From the NCBI GenBank assembly GCA_977020255.1, contig CDROCS010000506.1:1426001-1490000 (forward strand): a stretch of 64,000 nucleotides of DNA, given 5' to 3'. Position 1 is the first letter of the stretch; each line of letters starts with the position of its first letter. Of this stretch, positions 1 through 9,680 are shown piece after piece. The notes under the pieces are model-generated. The model ran no database searches. It was not told the DNA's origin and worked only from the letters and a program-made list of their open reading frames with translations. Origin of the DNA: Obrimoposthia wandeli (taxonomy: Eukaryota). A program made the position numbers and the translations under genes.

Positions 1-689
1 AAGCACCAAAAGATGCACGCCAAGCAACAATTCGCGGTATCGTTGATCACCACAAACTAGGTGATTTCGAAACTGACGAACAACTTGAAGCTTGGATCTG
101 GCCTTGTGGCTGTTCAAACACGATTGTTTACAACATGTATAAGATCCATAACATCGAAATAGACCAGAAAGTAGCGGTAATGATGTTAGGTGCTATCTTG
201 AGTGACACAGTTCACTTCAACTCGCCAACATGTACACAAATCGATATTGATGCAGCACACGAACTTGCTAAAATCGCTGGTATTGATGATATTAATGCAT
301 TCGTTACAGCACAGTTTGCAGCAAAGTCAGATATCGCAGCAGTGCCTTCTGAAGAACTTATCTTACGCGACCTTAAAGTATATACGATTGGCAAAAAAGA
401 CTTCTCGATTGCACAAGTAGAGATCACGAACATTGATGCAGCGCTATCACGTAAAGAAGAACTACAAGCTGAACTTGTTAAGTATAAAGCTGAATTTGGT
501 TACCACACAGCCTTAGTGTTATTAACAGATATCACTAACCTGAACTCTATCGCTTTAATCGAAAGTGAAGAAAGCGCATTAGTAGCAGAGACACTAGGCG
601 GTACTTTTGTTGGTGAACTTATCGACTTACCGAATGTTGTAAGCCGTAAGAAACAAGTATTACCACCACTACAAACACAATTTAAATAA
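1..689 (+). CDS. ppaC: Manganese-dependent inorganic pyrophosphatase (family II), 5'-truncated by the window edge
   Basis: Frame is open from base 3 (APKDARQATIRGIVDHHKLG, DHH motif), continuing into ILSDT and C-terminal SRKKQVLPPL. The ORF-track start at 135 is internal. Confidence 0.93.
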   Translation, partial: APKDARQATIRGIVDHHKLGDFETDEQLEAWIWPCGCSNTIVYNMYKIHNIEIDQKVAVMMLGAILSDTVHFNSPTCTQIDIDAAHELAKIAGIDDINAFVTAQFAAKSDIAAVPSEELILRDLKVYTIGKKDFSIAQVEITNIDAALSRKEELQAELVKYKAEFGYHTALVLLTDITNLNSIALIESEESALVAETLGGTFVGELIDLPNVVSRKKQVLPPLQTQFK

Positions 690-756
690 GTCGTCATCGA
701 CCACTTATTACCTCGAATAAAAGGCTGCTAGTCTAATATTTTAGGGATGAATACTA

Positions 757-782
757 AAAAGGGAGCTAATTAGCTCCCTTTT
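757..782. terminator. Bidirectional intrinsic terminator
   Basis: Perfect 26-bp palindrome AAAAGGGAGCTAATTAGCTCCCTTTT between convergent genes. Confidence 0.85.
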
Positions 783-836
783 CTATATTTAGATATTCAT
801 GACTAATCATCAACAGAATCTGTAATTTCGTTTTAT

Positions 837-2630
837 TTAGTGTTCATTTTTATCACTGTTATACATCTCATCAATGTCTTTCTTATATTCACTTTCAATC
901 ACTTTACGACGTAATTTTAATGTTGGCGTGATCTCACCTTTTTTCATACAGAATTCGCGATTAAGTAGTTTGAATTTTTTTACTTTTTCAAAATTAGCTA
1001 ATTCACTTTGCAGATCTTGTAAGCGTTTTTCGAACATAGTAACAATATGACTATGACGTAGCAGCTCCGCTTTACTTGAGAATTGTAAGTTAATCGAATT
1101 TGCATATTCTTCTAACGCTTCAAATGACGGCACTATTAAGGCGCTAACAAAATGACGGGAATCGGCAACAATAGCGACCTGATCGATAAAGTGATCTTTA
1201 TTTAACGTGCCTTCAACCAACTGTGGAGCAATATATTTGCCATTCGAGGTTTTCATTAACTCTTTAATACGTTCCGTCATCACCACTTCACCATTGGCTA
1301 AAATTTTACCCGCATCACCGGTTTTCAACCAACCATCGATAAAGTTCTTTGCGGTTTCTTCAGGCATCTTGTAATAGCCCTTCATTACCGTATCACTGCG
1401 CACTAATATTTCATTATCAGCACCAATTTTAACTTCCATATCTGGTAATGGTAAGCCAATTGAACCAAAGTCATAACCAGTACCACGATGACAGCAAACC
1501 GTCGCCGTTGTTTCCGTCATCCCATAACCCGCTTGTATTTGAATACCAATAGATTGAAAGAACTGGTTAATATCCGGGTCAACTTTAGCACCGCCACAAG
1601 GTAAAAATCGCGTATTACCGCCAAGAATCCCGCGTAGTTTCGAGAAGATAAGCTTGTCAGCAAGTTTATGTTGCTGAGCTAATAAAAACGATGGCTGTTG
1701 GTTATTATGAATAAGCTTAAAATGGCTTAGACCGACTCTTGTAGCCCAGCTAAACAGCGCTTTTTTAACTTTAGATGCAGACGCTAAACGACTATGGATC
1801 GTGCTATATATTTTTTCGTATAACCGCGGTACAGCAACCAATAATGTTGGTTTCACTTCGGCAATAACATCGATAATTAATTTCGGGTTTTCAAGGTGCA
1901 CATTGGTCGCACCACAATGCATCAGATAAAAAGACCAGCTACGTTCAAGGACATGACTCAAAGGTAAAAAGGCAATTGAAGTATCCGCTTCAGATACATC
2001 AATCATCTTGTCATGACTTATGAATGCAGCAGCAAAATTAGTGTAATCAAGCATGACACCTTTTGGCTGACCAGTTGTACCCGATGTGTAGATAAGCGTA
2101 ACCAGATCGTCCATACTCGCATCAGCAAGTCGTTGCTCAAACTCGATATTAGACGTGTTATCACCTTGTTTGATGAAATCAGCGAAATGCATCGCATTGA
2201 CTTCGCCTTTTAAATCGATGTTATCAGTCAGCGCAACAATCAATTTTAAATCATCAGCAGCTAATAGCTCAAGGGCTTTATCAAACTGCTCTTGGCCTCC
2301 TACGAATAGATAATCAATATCCGCATTATTAACAATATAACGTGTTTGTTCGGTGGTATTGGTAGGATAAATTGGAACCGTAACACAACGAGCAGTTAGA
2401 ATACCTAGATCTGCAAAGCTCCACTCTGGGCGATTGTTTGCAAAGATACCGACTTTAGTTTGTACTTCACAGCCAAGAAATAATAATGCTTTAGCAACAC
2501 GATCTGAATTATCAAGTAGCGTAGACCAAGTGATATCTTGCCATTCGCCTTGCTCTTTAAAACGAATAGCGGTTGTTGCTTTACGTGCTGCAAATTTAGT
2601 TCTAAAACTGCTTACTAAGTGTTGTGTCAT
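837..2630 (-). CDS. Long-chain fatty acid--CoA ligase (AMP-binding family)
   Basis: 597 aa; YTSGTTGQPKG AMP-binding motif, GYGMTET, GWLKTGDAG, C-terminal TPTLKLRR. Confidence 0.92.
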   Translation of the reverse strand: MTQHLVSSFRTKFAARKATTAIRFKEQGEWQDITWSTLLDNSDRVAKALLFLGCEVQTKVGIFANNRPEWSFADLGILTARCVTVPIYPTNTTEQTRYIVNNADIDYLFVGGQEQFDKALELLAADDLKLIVALTDNIDLKGEVNAMHFADFIKQGDNTSNIEFEQRLADASMDDLVTLIYTSGTTGQPKGVMLDYTNFAAAFISHDKMIDVSEADTSIAFLPLSHVLERSWSFYLMHCGATNVHLENPKLIIDVIAEVKPTLLVAVPRLYEKIYSTIHSRLASASKVKKALFSWATRVGLSHFKLIHNNQQPSFLLAQQHKLADKLIFSKLRGILGGNTRFLPCGGAKVDPDINQFFQSIGIQIQAGYGMTETTATVCCHRGTGYDFGSIGLPLPDMEVKIGADNEILVRSDTVMKGYYKMPEETAKNFIDGWLKTGDAGKILANGEVVMTERIKELMKTSNGKYIAPQLVEGTLNKDHFIDQVAIVADSRHFVSALIVPSFEALEEYANSINLQFSSKAELLRHSHIVTMFEKRLQDLQSELANFEKVKKFKLLNREFCMKKGEITPTLKLRRKVIESEYKKDIDEMYNSDKNEH

Positions 2631-2795
2631 TAGTTTCTCTGATTATCCATAAATAGAATTAAACGCATAATATCCTTAAATGACTTCAAGACGCTTAGGG
2701 ACATAATTACGGATAGTAATAATTAATCAAGAATAAGTACACACATAATGGGTTTAGCGACAGCAAAAACGACAAAGAATCACCCTGTCTTGTTT

Positions 2796-3236
2796 CTAAA
2801 CGATGTAGCACATCATGATCGCATCTTCTCTGCCTTTTGCAGCAGGATAATAGTTAATGCGACGATCTACCTCATTAAAGCCTGTATTTAAATACAAATG
2901 GTAAGCACCATGATTAGATTCACGAACCTCTAACCATAACTGAAACAATGCTTGCTGTTGGCACTCTTGAATCAGGTGGTTAATAAGCTGTTTACCGTAA
3001 CCTTTACCTTGATGCTCTGGCGCAACGGTAATATTAAGCAGGCTCGCTTCTCCGGCCACTTGACTGGCAAAGTAATAACCTAATACTTGTTCATCTTTCA
3101 CTAGTAAAAAATTAAAATAGCGCGCACCAAAATTACTGGCTAACACTTTATCTGACCAGGGAAAGGCGTGACTTGCTGTTTCTATTTTTTGAATTAAAGA
3201 TAAGTGTTCAAGCGTAAGAGGAATAATTTTTGGCAT
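2796..3236 (-). CDS. rimI: Ribosomal protein S18-alanine N-acetyltransferase
   Basis: GNAT motif QGKGYG, LEVRESN, RINYYP..GREDAIMM; downstream of holD. Confidence 0.95.
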   Translation of the reverse strand: MPKIIPLTLEHLSLIQKIETASHAFPWSDKVLASNFGARYFNFLLVKDEQVLGYYFASQVAGEASLLNITVAPEHQGKGYGKQLINHLIQECQQQALFQLWLEVRESNHGAYHLYLNTGFNEVDRRINYYPAAKGREDAIMMCYIV

Positions 3237-3260
3237 TGAAGATCCCGTTATTATAACAGA

Positions 3261-3659
3261 TTACATATAACCGACGATTTGTTGCCAAAGCTGCTTTTTC
3301 GCTTGAGCAGAATGTAACAGTACATCTAGATGAGGTGATGAGAGTTGTTTTTTTGCTGCGAGTTCAGATTGCTTACAGCCAATCGTCCAAATCCATTCAG
3401 GGCTTTGGTAATAATACTTTAATTGTTCTTCTGTGATGATATGGCTTTGATTCAATTCTAATTGTAGGGTACGCAAGATCTGGTTAATAAATTGATTATG
3501 CGGGGCAAGTTTATCATTAGCGACAATTAAAATCTGGCAATGCTTAGGTAATGCTATTTTTTCAGCTTGACTAGCGAGATGAGGAAATTGTTCAGGCTTA
3601 TGACATTGCCATAATGTGATACCCATTTGCTGCAAGTAATAACGTGAAAAATTACTCAT
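3261..3659 (-). CDS. holD: DNA polymerase III psi subunit
   Basis: YYLQQMGITLW N-terminus and AKKQLWQQI C-terminus; holD-rimI synteny. Confidence 0.88.
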   Translation of the reverse strand: MSNFSRYYLQQMGITLWQCHKPEQFPHLASQAEKIALPKHCQILIVANDKLAPHNQFINQILRTLQLELNQSHIITEEQLKYYYQSPEWIWTIGCKQSELAAKKQLSSPHLDVLLHSAQAKKQLWQQIVGYM

Positions 3660-3694
3660 TGGATAACCATATCATGAAGATTTACAGAAGAAAT

Positions 3695-3770
3695 TGGCAG
3701 GGGTGGAGAGATTCGAACTCCCATCACGCGGATTTGGAATCCGCTGCTCTGCCGTTGGAGCTACACCCCT
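3695..3770 (-). tRNA. tRNA-Trp (CCA), distal copy
   Basis: 76-nt cloverleaf; anticodon arm GCGGA-TTCCAAA-TCCGC; encoded 3' CCA. Confidence 0.97.
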
Positions 3771-3846
3771 ACAAGATGAACAGGATTATAACTTATTTTT
3801 TAATTAAAGTTAAATCTGTTTCTTTGATTTGATATTTCTTAAAAAT

Positions 3847-3922
3847 TGGCAGGGGTGGAGAGATTCGAACTCCCATCACGCGGATTTGGAATCCGCTGCT
3901 CTGCCGTTGGAGCTACACCCCT
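3847..3922 (-). tRNA. tRNA-Trp (CCA), proximal copy
   Basis: Identical 76-nt sequence to 3695-3770. Confidence 0.97.
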
Positions 3923-3999
3923 ATCATTGGTACAATAACCTGATGGTTAATGAACCTATACATCTACTTAGACTAAGTCTAAATAAATAGTAATTTGGC

Positions 4000-4117
4000 G
4001 CTTGGCGATGCCCTACTCTCACATGGGGAAGCCCCACACTACCATCGGCGTTATTACGTTTCACTACTGAGTTCGGAATGGAATCAGGTGGTACCGCAAC
4101 ACTATGGTCACCAAGCA
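4000..4117 (-). rRNA. rrf: 5S rRNA
   Basis: Canonical 5S sequence (CCGAACTCAG, CGCCGATGGTAGTGTGGGG); ends approximate. Confidence 0.96.
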
Positions 4118-4248
4118 AATCTGGTTTGCTTTCTATAGAAGTTTTCACTTCGTTTTAATCTGAAAAGCTATAAATAAAGAAGTCTTTAAAACGTAAAGTG
4201 TTCAATCTATTCTTAAGTCGTATTTCAATTAATCATACTTTAATTTGT

Positions 4249-4385
4249 ATGGTTAAGCCTCACGGGTAATTAGTACAAGTTAGCTCAATGCCTCACAGCA
4301 CTTACACACCTTGCCTATCAACGTTGTAGTCTCCAACGGCCCTTTAGGGAGCTTAAAGCTCCAGTGAGAACTCATCTCGAGGCCT

Positions 4386-4416
<31 letters not shown>

Positions 4417-4585
4417 AGTTCCGAACTTAGCTACCGGGCAATGCTATTGGCATAACAACCCGAACACCAGTGGTTCGTCCACTCCGGTCCTCTCGTACTA
4501 GGAGCAGCTCCTCTCAATTCTCAAACGCCCACGGCAGATAGGGACCGAACTGTCTCACGACGTTCTAAACCCAGCTCGCGTACCA

Positions 4586-4618
<33 letters not shown>

Positions 4619-4620
4619 AA

Positions 4621-4663
<43 letters not shown>

Positions 4664-4692
4664 ACCGCCGTCGATATGAACTCTTGGGCGGT

Positions 4693-4748
<56 letters not shown>

Positions 4749-4869
4749 AGAACCACCGGATCACTAAGACCTACTTTCGTACCTGCTCGACGTGTCTGTC
4801 TCGCAGTTAAGCTGGCTTATGCCTTTGCACTAACCACATGATGTCCAACCATGTTTAGCCAACCTTCGT

Positions 4870-4912
<43 letters not shown>

Positions 4913-5170
4913 ACCCACCAGACACTGTCCGCAATCCCGATAAGGGACCTACGTTAGAACATCAAACGTACAAGGGTGGTATTTCAAGGTAGACTCCACA
5001 TCATCTAGCGACAATGTTTCACAGTCTCCCACCTATCCTACACATGTAGGTTCAATGTTCAGTGCCAAGCTATAGTAAAGGTTCACGGGGTCTTTCCGTC
5101 TAGCCGCGGGTACACTGCATCTTAACAGCGATTTCAATTTCACTGAGTCTCGGGTGGAGACAGCGTGGCC

Positions 5171-5268
<98 letters not shown>

Positions 5269-7148
5269 CATGAGCTTCGACCTAAGTCTAACCCAATCAA
5301 TTAACCTTCCGGCACCGGGCAGGCGTCACACCGTATACGTCATCTTTCGATTTTGCACAGTGCTGTGTTTTTAATAAACAGTTGCAGCCACCATTTCTCT
5401 GCGACCAACAATAGCTTACGGAGCAAGTCCTTCACCATCATTGGCGTACCTTCTCCCGAAGTTACGGTACCATTTTGCCTAGTTCCTTCACCCGAGTTCT
5501 CTCAAGCGCCTTAGTATTCTCTACCTAACCACCTGTGTCGGTTTGGGGTACGATTCTCTCATATCTGAAGCTTAGAGGTTTTTCCTGGAAGCCGGGTATC
5601 AACTACTTCATCTCCGTAGAGACTCGTCATCAGTTCTCAGCATTCTCATTAAAGAGAGCGACCCGGATTTGCCTAAGTCACTTGCCTACTACCTTAAACA
5701 TGGACAACCATCGCCATGCTAGCCTAACCTTCTCCGTCACCCCATCGCAATATAAGCGAGTACTGGAATATTAACCAGTTTCCCATCGACTACGCCTTTC
5801 GGCCTCGCCTTAGGAGTCGACTCACCCTGCCCCGATTAACGTTGGACAGGAACCCTTGGTCTTTCGGCGTGGAGGTTTTTCACCCCCATTATCGTTACTC
5901 ATGTCAACATTCGCACTTCTGATACCTCCAGCAAGCTTCTCAACTCACCTTCAACGGCTTACAGAACGCTCCTCTACCATGCAAGAACAAGTCTTGCATC
6001 CGTAGCTTCGGTGGTATGTTTAGCCCCGTTAAATCTTCCGCGCAGACCGACTCGACCAGTGAGCTATTACGCTTTCTTTAAAAGATGGCTGCTTCTAAGC
6101 CAACTTCCTGGCTGTCTGAGCCTTTCCACATCGTTTCCCACTTAACATACACTTTGGGACCTTAGCTGACGGTCTGGGTTGTTTCCCTTTCCACGACGGA
6201 CGTTAGCACCCGCCGTGTGTCTCCCGCGATTGAACTTATTGGTATTCGGAGTTTGCAAAGGGTTGGTAAGTCGGGATGACCCCTAGCCTTAACAGTGCTC
6301 TACCCCCAATAGTTAGACGCGAGGCGCTACCTAAATAGCTTTCGAGGAGAACCAGCTATCTCCCGGTTTGATTGGCCTTTCACCCCCAGCCACAAGTCAT
6401 CCGCTAATTTTTCAACATTAGTCGGTTCGGTCCTCCAGTTGATGTTACTCAACCTTCAACCTGCCCATGGCTAGATCACCGGGTTTCGGGTCTAATCCCA
6501 GCAACTATTCGCGCAGTTAACACTCGGTTTCCCTACGGCTCCGCTATTCGCTTAACCTTGCTACTGAAATTAAGTCGTTGACCCATTATACAAAAGGTAC
6601 GCAGTCACAGAACAAGTCTGCTCCCACTGCTTGTACGTATACGGTTTCAGGTTCTATTTCACTCCCCTCACAGGGGTTCTTTTCGCCTTTCCCTCACGGT
6701 ACTGGTTCACTATCGGTCAGTCAGTAGTATTTAGCCTTGGAAGATGGTCCTCCCATATTCAAACAGCATATCACGTGTGCCGTCCTACTCGATTTCACAG
6801 TAAGGTCGTTTTCATGTACGGGACTATCACCCTGTATCGTGAAACTTTCCAGATTCTTCCATTAACTTCCAAACTGCTTAAGGGCTAGACCCCGTTCGCT
6901 CGCCGCTACTAAGGGTATCTCTATTGATTTCTTTTCCTCGGGGTACTTAGATGTTTCAGTTCTCCCGGTTCGCTTCGTTAAGCTATGTATTCACTTAACG
7001 ATACCTTACTTAGTAAGGTGGGTTCCCCCATTCGGAAATCTGTGGATTAACGCTTTTTATCAACTCCCCACAGCTTAACGCAGATTAACACGTCCTTCAT
7101 CGCCTCTGACTGCCTAGGCATCCACCGTATACGCTTAGTCACTTAACC
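4249..7148 (-). rRNA. rrl: 23S rRNA
   Basis: 5' GGTTAAGTGACTAAGCG, 3' GTGAGGCTTAACC; about 2900 nt; ends approximate. Confidence 0.97.
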
Positions 7149-7291
7149 ATACAATCTAAAGTAGACCGTACAATTGAAATAACTAGGTATTATCTAGTTT
7201 TTTTCGCCTCAAGAATACTCAAGAACACTTCATTGTTATTACCGAAGTAATAACGTGTTTTAAGAACTTCTTTATTTATTCAGCTTTCCAA

Positions 7292-7305
7292 ATTTTTAAA
7301 GAGCA
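7292..7305 (-). promoter_or_regulatory. Spacer boxA antitermination site
   Basis: TGCTCTTTAAAAAT on the minus strand between tRNA-Glu and 23S. Confidence 0.85.
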
Positions 7306-7367
7306 ATTTGCTAAAAAGCAAAGATAAGCAGTAATGCTTAGCTTTGATTTTTAGTCAGAAAGAAAAG

Positions 7368-7443
7368 TGGTATCCCGTACGAGATTTGAACTCGTGTTAC
7401 CGCCGTGAAAGGGCGGTGTCCTAGGCCTCTAGACGAACGGGAC
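7368..7443 (-). tRNA. tRNA-Glu (TTC) in the 16S-23S spacer
   Basis: Anticodon arm CCGCC-CTTTCAC-GGCGG; 76 nt; encoded CCA. Confidence 0.97.
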
Positions 7444-7562
7444 ACTATTTACTTTCACGATTGGATTTCATCCCAATCGTTATCTTGCTTTCACAAGATT
7501 AGTCTTTAACGTTTCTATTCAAGCAATTTGTGTGGGCACTTACAAAAATTAACAACTTTACG

Positions 7563-7683
7563 TAAGGAGGTGATCCAGCCCCAGGTTCCCCTAGGGCTAC
7601 CTTGTTACGACTTCACCCCAGTCATGAACCACACCGTGGTCATCGCCCTCCCGAAGGTTAAGCTAATGACTTCTGGTGCAGCC

Positions 7684-7737
<54 letters not shown>

Positions 7738-7895
7738 GACATTCTGATTCACGATTACTAGCGATTCCGACTTCATGGGGTCGAGTTGCAGACCCCAATC
7801 CGGACTACGACGCACTTTATGGGATTCGCTTACCATCGCTGGTTTGCAGCCCTTTGTATGCGCCATTGTAGCACGTGTGTAGCCCTACTCGTAAG

Positions 7896-7948
<53 letters not shown>

Positions 7949-7988
7949 CTCCTTAGAGTTCCCACCATTACGTGCTGGCAAATAAGGA

Positions 7989-8024
<36 letters not shown>

Positions 8025-8030
8025 TTCACA

Positions 8031-8062
<32 letters not shown>

Positions 8063-8118
8063 CTCATAGTTCCCGAAGGCACCAATTCATCTCTGAAAAG
8101 TTCTATGGATGTCAAGAG

Positions 8119-8189
<71 letters not shown>

Positions 8190-8295
8190 ATTTGAGTTTT
8201 AACCTTGCGGCCGTACTCCCCAGGCGGTCTACTTAATGCGTTAGCTTAAGAGCCCAGTTCTCAAGGAACCAAACTCCGAGTAGACATCGTTTACG

Positions 8296-8329
<34 letters not shown>

Positions 8330-8552
8330 ACCCACGCTTTCGCATCTGAGCGTCAGTTACTTGCCAGGTGGCCGCCTTCGCCACTGGTATTCCTTCAGAT
8401 CTCTACGCATTTCACCGCTACACCTGAAATTCTACCACCCTCTCAAGAACTCTAGTTTGCCAGTTCGAAATGCAGTTCCCAGGTTGAGCCCGGGGCTTTC
8501 ACATCTCGCTTAACAAACCGCCTGCATGCGCTTTACGCCCAGTAATTCCGAT

Positions 8553-8608
<56 letters not shown>

Positions 8609-8736
8609 CTTCTGCGAGTAACGTCACAGTGATAAAGTATTAATTTACCACCTTTCCTCCTCGCTGAAAGTACTTTACAACCCGAAGGCCTTCTTCATAC
8701 ACGCGGTATGGCTGCATCAGGCTTTCGCCCATTGTG

Positions 8737-8819
<83 letters not shown>

Positions 8820-9107
8820 GGGATCGTCGCCTTGGTGAGCTCTTACCTCACCAACAAGCTAATCCCACTTGGGCTCATCTAGTCGCGAGAGCTTTCAAGA
8901 AGAGGCCCCCTTTCACCCGTAGGTCGTATGCGGTATTAGCAGTCGTTTCCAACTGTTGTCCCCCTCGACTAGGCAGATTCCCAAGCATTACTCACCCGTC
9001 CGCCGCTCGACGCCAGAATAGCAAGCTATTCTTCGTTTCCGCTCGACTTGCATGTGTTAAGCCTACCGCCAGCGTTCAATCTGAGCCATGATCAAACTCT
9101 TCAATTA
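7563..9107 (-). rRNA. rrs: 16S rRNA
   Basis: 5' GAAGAGTTTGATCATGGCTCAG, 3' anti-SD GATCACCTCCTTA; ends approximate. Confidence 0.98.
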
Positions 9108-9291
9108 AAAGTTTTTTTGACTGACTGCCTAAGCAGCCAAGTCGGCTCAATGAATTCTGTACTTCAACAACAAACCGAAGTTTGTTGTTTATAAAACCAA
9201 ATCTTTCGATTTAATTTAATGTTCACAATTACATTGATATAATATTTGGTCATTATATCTCTGCAAGTGCTCACACAGATTGCTTGAATAA

Positions 9292-9305
9292 ATTGTTAAA
9301 GAGCA
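9292..9305 (-). promoter_or_regulatory. Leader boxA of the rRNA operon
   Basis: TGCTCTTTAACAAT on the minus strand; boxC-like TCTGTGTGAGCACT at 9266-9279. Confidence 0.9.
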
Positions 9306-9338
9306 TACCGAACGACTGTTGCCGTGTCAGTGGGAGCG

Positions 9339-9366
9339 ATTATAGAGAGTTGCGTTTTATTGGCAA
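9339..9366 (-). promoter_or_regulatory. rRNA operon sigma70 promoter
   Basis: TTGCCA-N16-TATAAT followed by a GC-rich discriminator CGCTCCC, typical of rrn promoters. Confidence 0.85.
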
Positions 9367-9616
9367 GTGATTTTATAAATTTCATTCCATTTTCAAGATA
9401 AAGTTTAAAAACAGCACACAATTCAAACAAAATAAATCAAAAACAAGCGATATCGCATTCAATCATGGCTATTTAAAGGGCGTTATTACGATCATCAGCC
9501 TATATAGATTGTCCTAGAACTAGATTTGTACTTTTATCGACTTATACTTTACCTACTATACAAGTAGAATTTACTTACTAAGATAATTTAAACTATGATT
9601 TAATTTGTCTTTTATA

Positions 9617-9650
9617 CGTGACCTAACCCTCTGGTTTAGGTAACATGCGC
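9617..9650 (+). promoter_or_regulatory. Putative rapA promoter
   Basis: GTGACC-N17-TAACAT followed by GCGCC; recognised by eye only. Confidence 0.45.
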
Positions 9651-9680
9651 CCTTTTTACGGTTTTGGAGTTTCAATATAC

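Noticed and set aside
1-689. Family II pyrophosphatase in a gammaproteobacterium as a sign of transfer
   Set aside because: PpaC is known in Vibrionaceae and relatives; nothing anomalous nearby.
4249-7148. Intervening sequence in 23S rRNA
   Set aside because: Length is about 2900 nt, the normal size.
7368-7443. G1-U72 wobble and A73 in tRNA-Glu
   Set aside because: Real in the sequence and different from E. coli, but I recall similar acceptor ends in Vibrio-like genomes, so probably a lineage norm.
7455-7466. 12-mer TCACGATTGGAT shared with 25985-25996
   Set aside because: Many chance 12-mer matches are expected in 64 kb, and the contexts are unrelated.
3924-9091. Short ORFs called across the rRNA operon
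   Set aside because: They overlap 5S, 23S and 16S rRNA and are chance frames.
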